A DNA stretch of 24,683 bases from a virus (lineage: Duplodnaviria > Caudoviricetes): positions 1 through 24,683 of the IMG/VR virus record IMGVR_UViG_3300032328_000769; one strand, written 5' to 3'. The position numbers and the translations under genes are program-made. This document shows positions 23,726 through 24,683 of this stretch, piece after piece. Position 1 is the first letter of the stretch; the number at the start of each line of letters is the position of its first letter. The notes under the pieces were generated by a model. It saw only the letters and a program-made list of their open reading frames with translations, had not been told where the DNA came from and searched no databases.

Positions 23726-24683
23726 CCTTTTGATTGCCCGATTGTGAAAAATGACGCTGAACGGGATTATATTCGGCCTCATTGCGTGCGCGGATACCGT
23801 GCAAGGGGTCTCTTTTTATAACAGGAAATGCATGACAGAGCATCGCAGCATCAAAATAATCAGATGAGCGGTGTAATTCTTCTTTGAGCTGATCTTTGCC
23901 AATCAACTGCAGCTGATCACCCTTGAAAAAATAGCTCATCTTGGTAGCCTCTTCGACCAGCTCAGGTACATCAGGCAGGCAGCCGCCGCCCTTGATCCAC
24001 CGGACAAATTCAACGGCCATCTCAACGCGCTTGTTGACGTATTGATTGTCTTGCGCCTTCATCGAAAAATGTATGGGCGTGGCGTTATAACCCCAATTAT
24101 TCAGATTATCGCACACGGATTTACCAAATCCGCCGGTGGAATCCACAAACACGGCATCGGGCTTGAATTTTATAATTGCGTTCGCACAATGCCCCGCAAC
24201 CTGCACCAGATCAGGCACGCGCAAAACCTTGGGCTTGAACTTGACCAGACCCTGATGAGGAAAAATCACCGTTGCATCATCGCCTTCACACGCAACGTCT
24301 ATGCCCAGAATGCGCGGGCTGTTCCGGTAGGCCTCAAGAGGAATCATGCGTTTCATTGCATCACGCATCTCATCTGGACCAATAAGCGCATTAAGAGATT
24401 GTGGAGGGAATCGGCCAAAGACGTTGACCAGAACCCACGGGTTATCGCGGCCATAGGAATGAATCTGTTTACGCGCCCAATCGATGCTGATTCTCTTTGA
24501 TCGTTTTGGATCGTCAGGATCCCCGGTAATCTCGATCACATGCCAATAACTGCGTTCCGTTGTGCAGGCGCGGTAAAGTGGTCCGGTCAAGTGCGTGGGA
24601 TTGCCTGTTTGCAATAGTTTGCATTCAATGCCAGATGAAAGCGCGGCCTCAGCTGCGGCCATAACAGCATCAGGAATGCCCCC
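23700..24683 (-). CDS. terL: Terminase large subunit (5'-partial)
   Basis: The frame is open to the window edge (GGIPDAVMAAAE, just after the expected Walker B). Coupling motif TGNP; nuclease motifs LGIDVACEGDD, FVDSTGGFG, NKRVEM and SSDYFDA. Confidence 0.95.
   Translation of the reverse strand, partial: GGIPDAVMAAAEAALSSGIECKLLQTGNPTHLTGPLYRACTTERSYWHVIEITGDPDDPKRSKRISIDWARKQIHSYGRDNPWVLVNVFGRFPPQSLNALIGPDEMRDAMKRMIPLEAYRNSPRILGIDVACEGDDATVIFPHQGLVKFKPKVLRVPDLVQVAGHCANAIIKFKPDAVFVDSTGGFGKSVCDNLNNWGYNATPIHFSMKAQDNQYVNKRVEMAVEFVRWIKGGGCLPDVPELVEEATKMSYFFKGDQLQLIGKDQLKEELHRSSDYFDAAMLCHAFPVIKRDPLHGIRARNEAEYNPVQRHFSQSGNQKVDDYNPIA

Larger units (their letters stand above)
1..24683 (-). mobile_element. 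Podovirus-type phage/prophage morphogenesis and lysis region (BPP-1-like, T7-supergroup structural module)
   Basis: Contiguous, tightly coupled minus-strand genes in the order terminase-portal-scaffold-capsid-cement-adaptor-nozzle-GNAT-ejection proteins-tail fibre-lysis. No host genes or att sites are visible, so free phage versus prophage cannot be decided. Confidence 0.95.

Noticed and set aside
1-24683. Phage RNA polymerase (T7-type ~23-bp) promoters, tRNAs, CRISPR arrays, introns/inteins, stop-codon recoding
   Set aside because: None seen by eye. The shared intergenic element is only 7-11 bp and follows sigma70-like boxes, genes are uninterrupted and of expected size, and TAA, TGA and TAG all serve as stops.

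Overview
The whole window is the late (morphogenesis and lysis) region of a podovirus-type tailed phage or prophage, encoded entirely on the minus strand, with a BPP-1-like / T7-supergroup gene order. From right to left it holds: terminase large subunit (partial), a small Met-Cys virion protein, portal, a Bbp19-like protein, scaffold, major capsid, Bbp16-like cement, a hypothetical protein, tail adaptor, tail nozzle, a GNAT (T7 gp13-like), three ejection proteins (gp14-like; gp15-like with a GH108 muramidase; a 2386-aa polyvalent protein), tail fibre, a membrane protein, a holin candidate, a SAR-type GH24 endolysin and an i-/o-spanin pair. A post-lysis cluster of two LamG-like proteins follows, one of which (<1..507) the ORF track missed. 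The spanins indicate a Gram-negative host, and an alphaproteobacterium is my inference. The most notable observations are: (i) three sigma70-like promoters, each followed by a conserved (GCTG)ACCGGAG-N1-3-GCC leader element, one of them embedded in an intrinsic terminator; (ii) two lectin-like proteins with N-terminal LGLS(LGL) peptides resembling the RcGTA head-fibre anchor; (iii) an AT-rich domain cassette in frame within the giant ejection protein; (iv) a GNAT next to virion proteins that begin Met-Cys. All family calls come from motif recognition by eye, not database searches.
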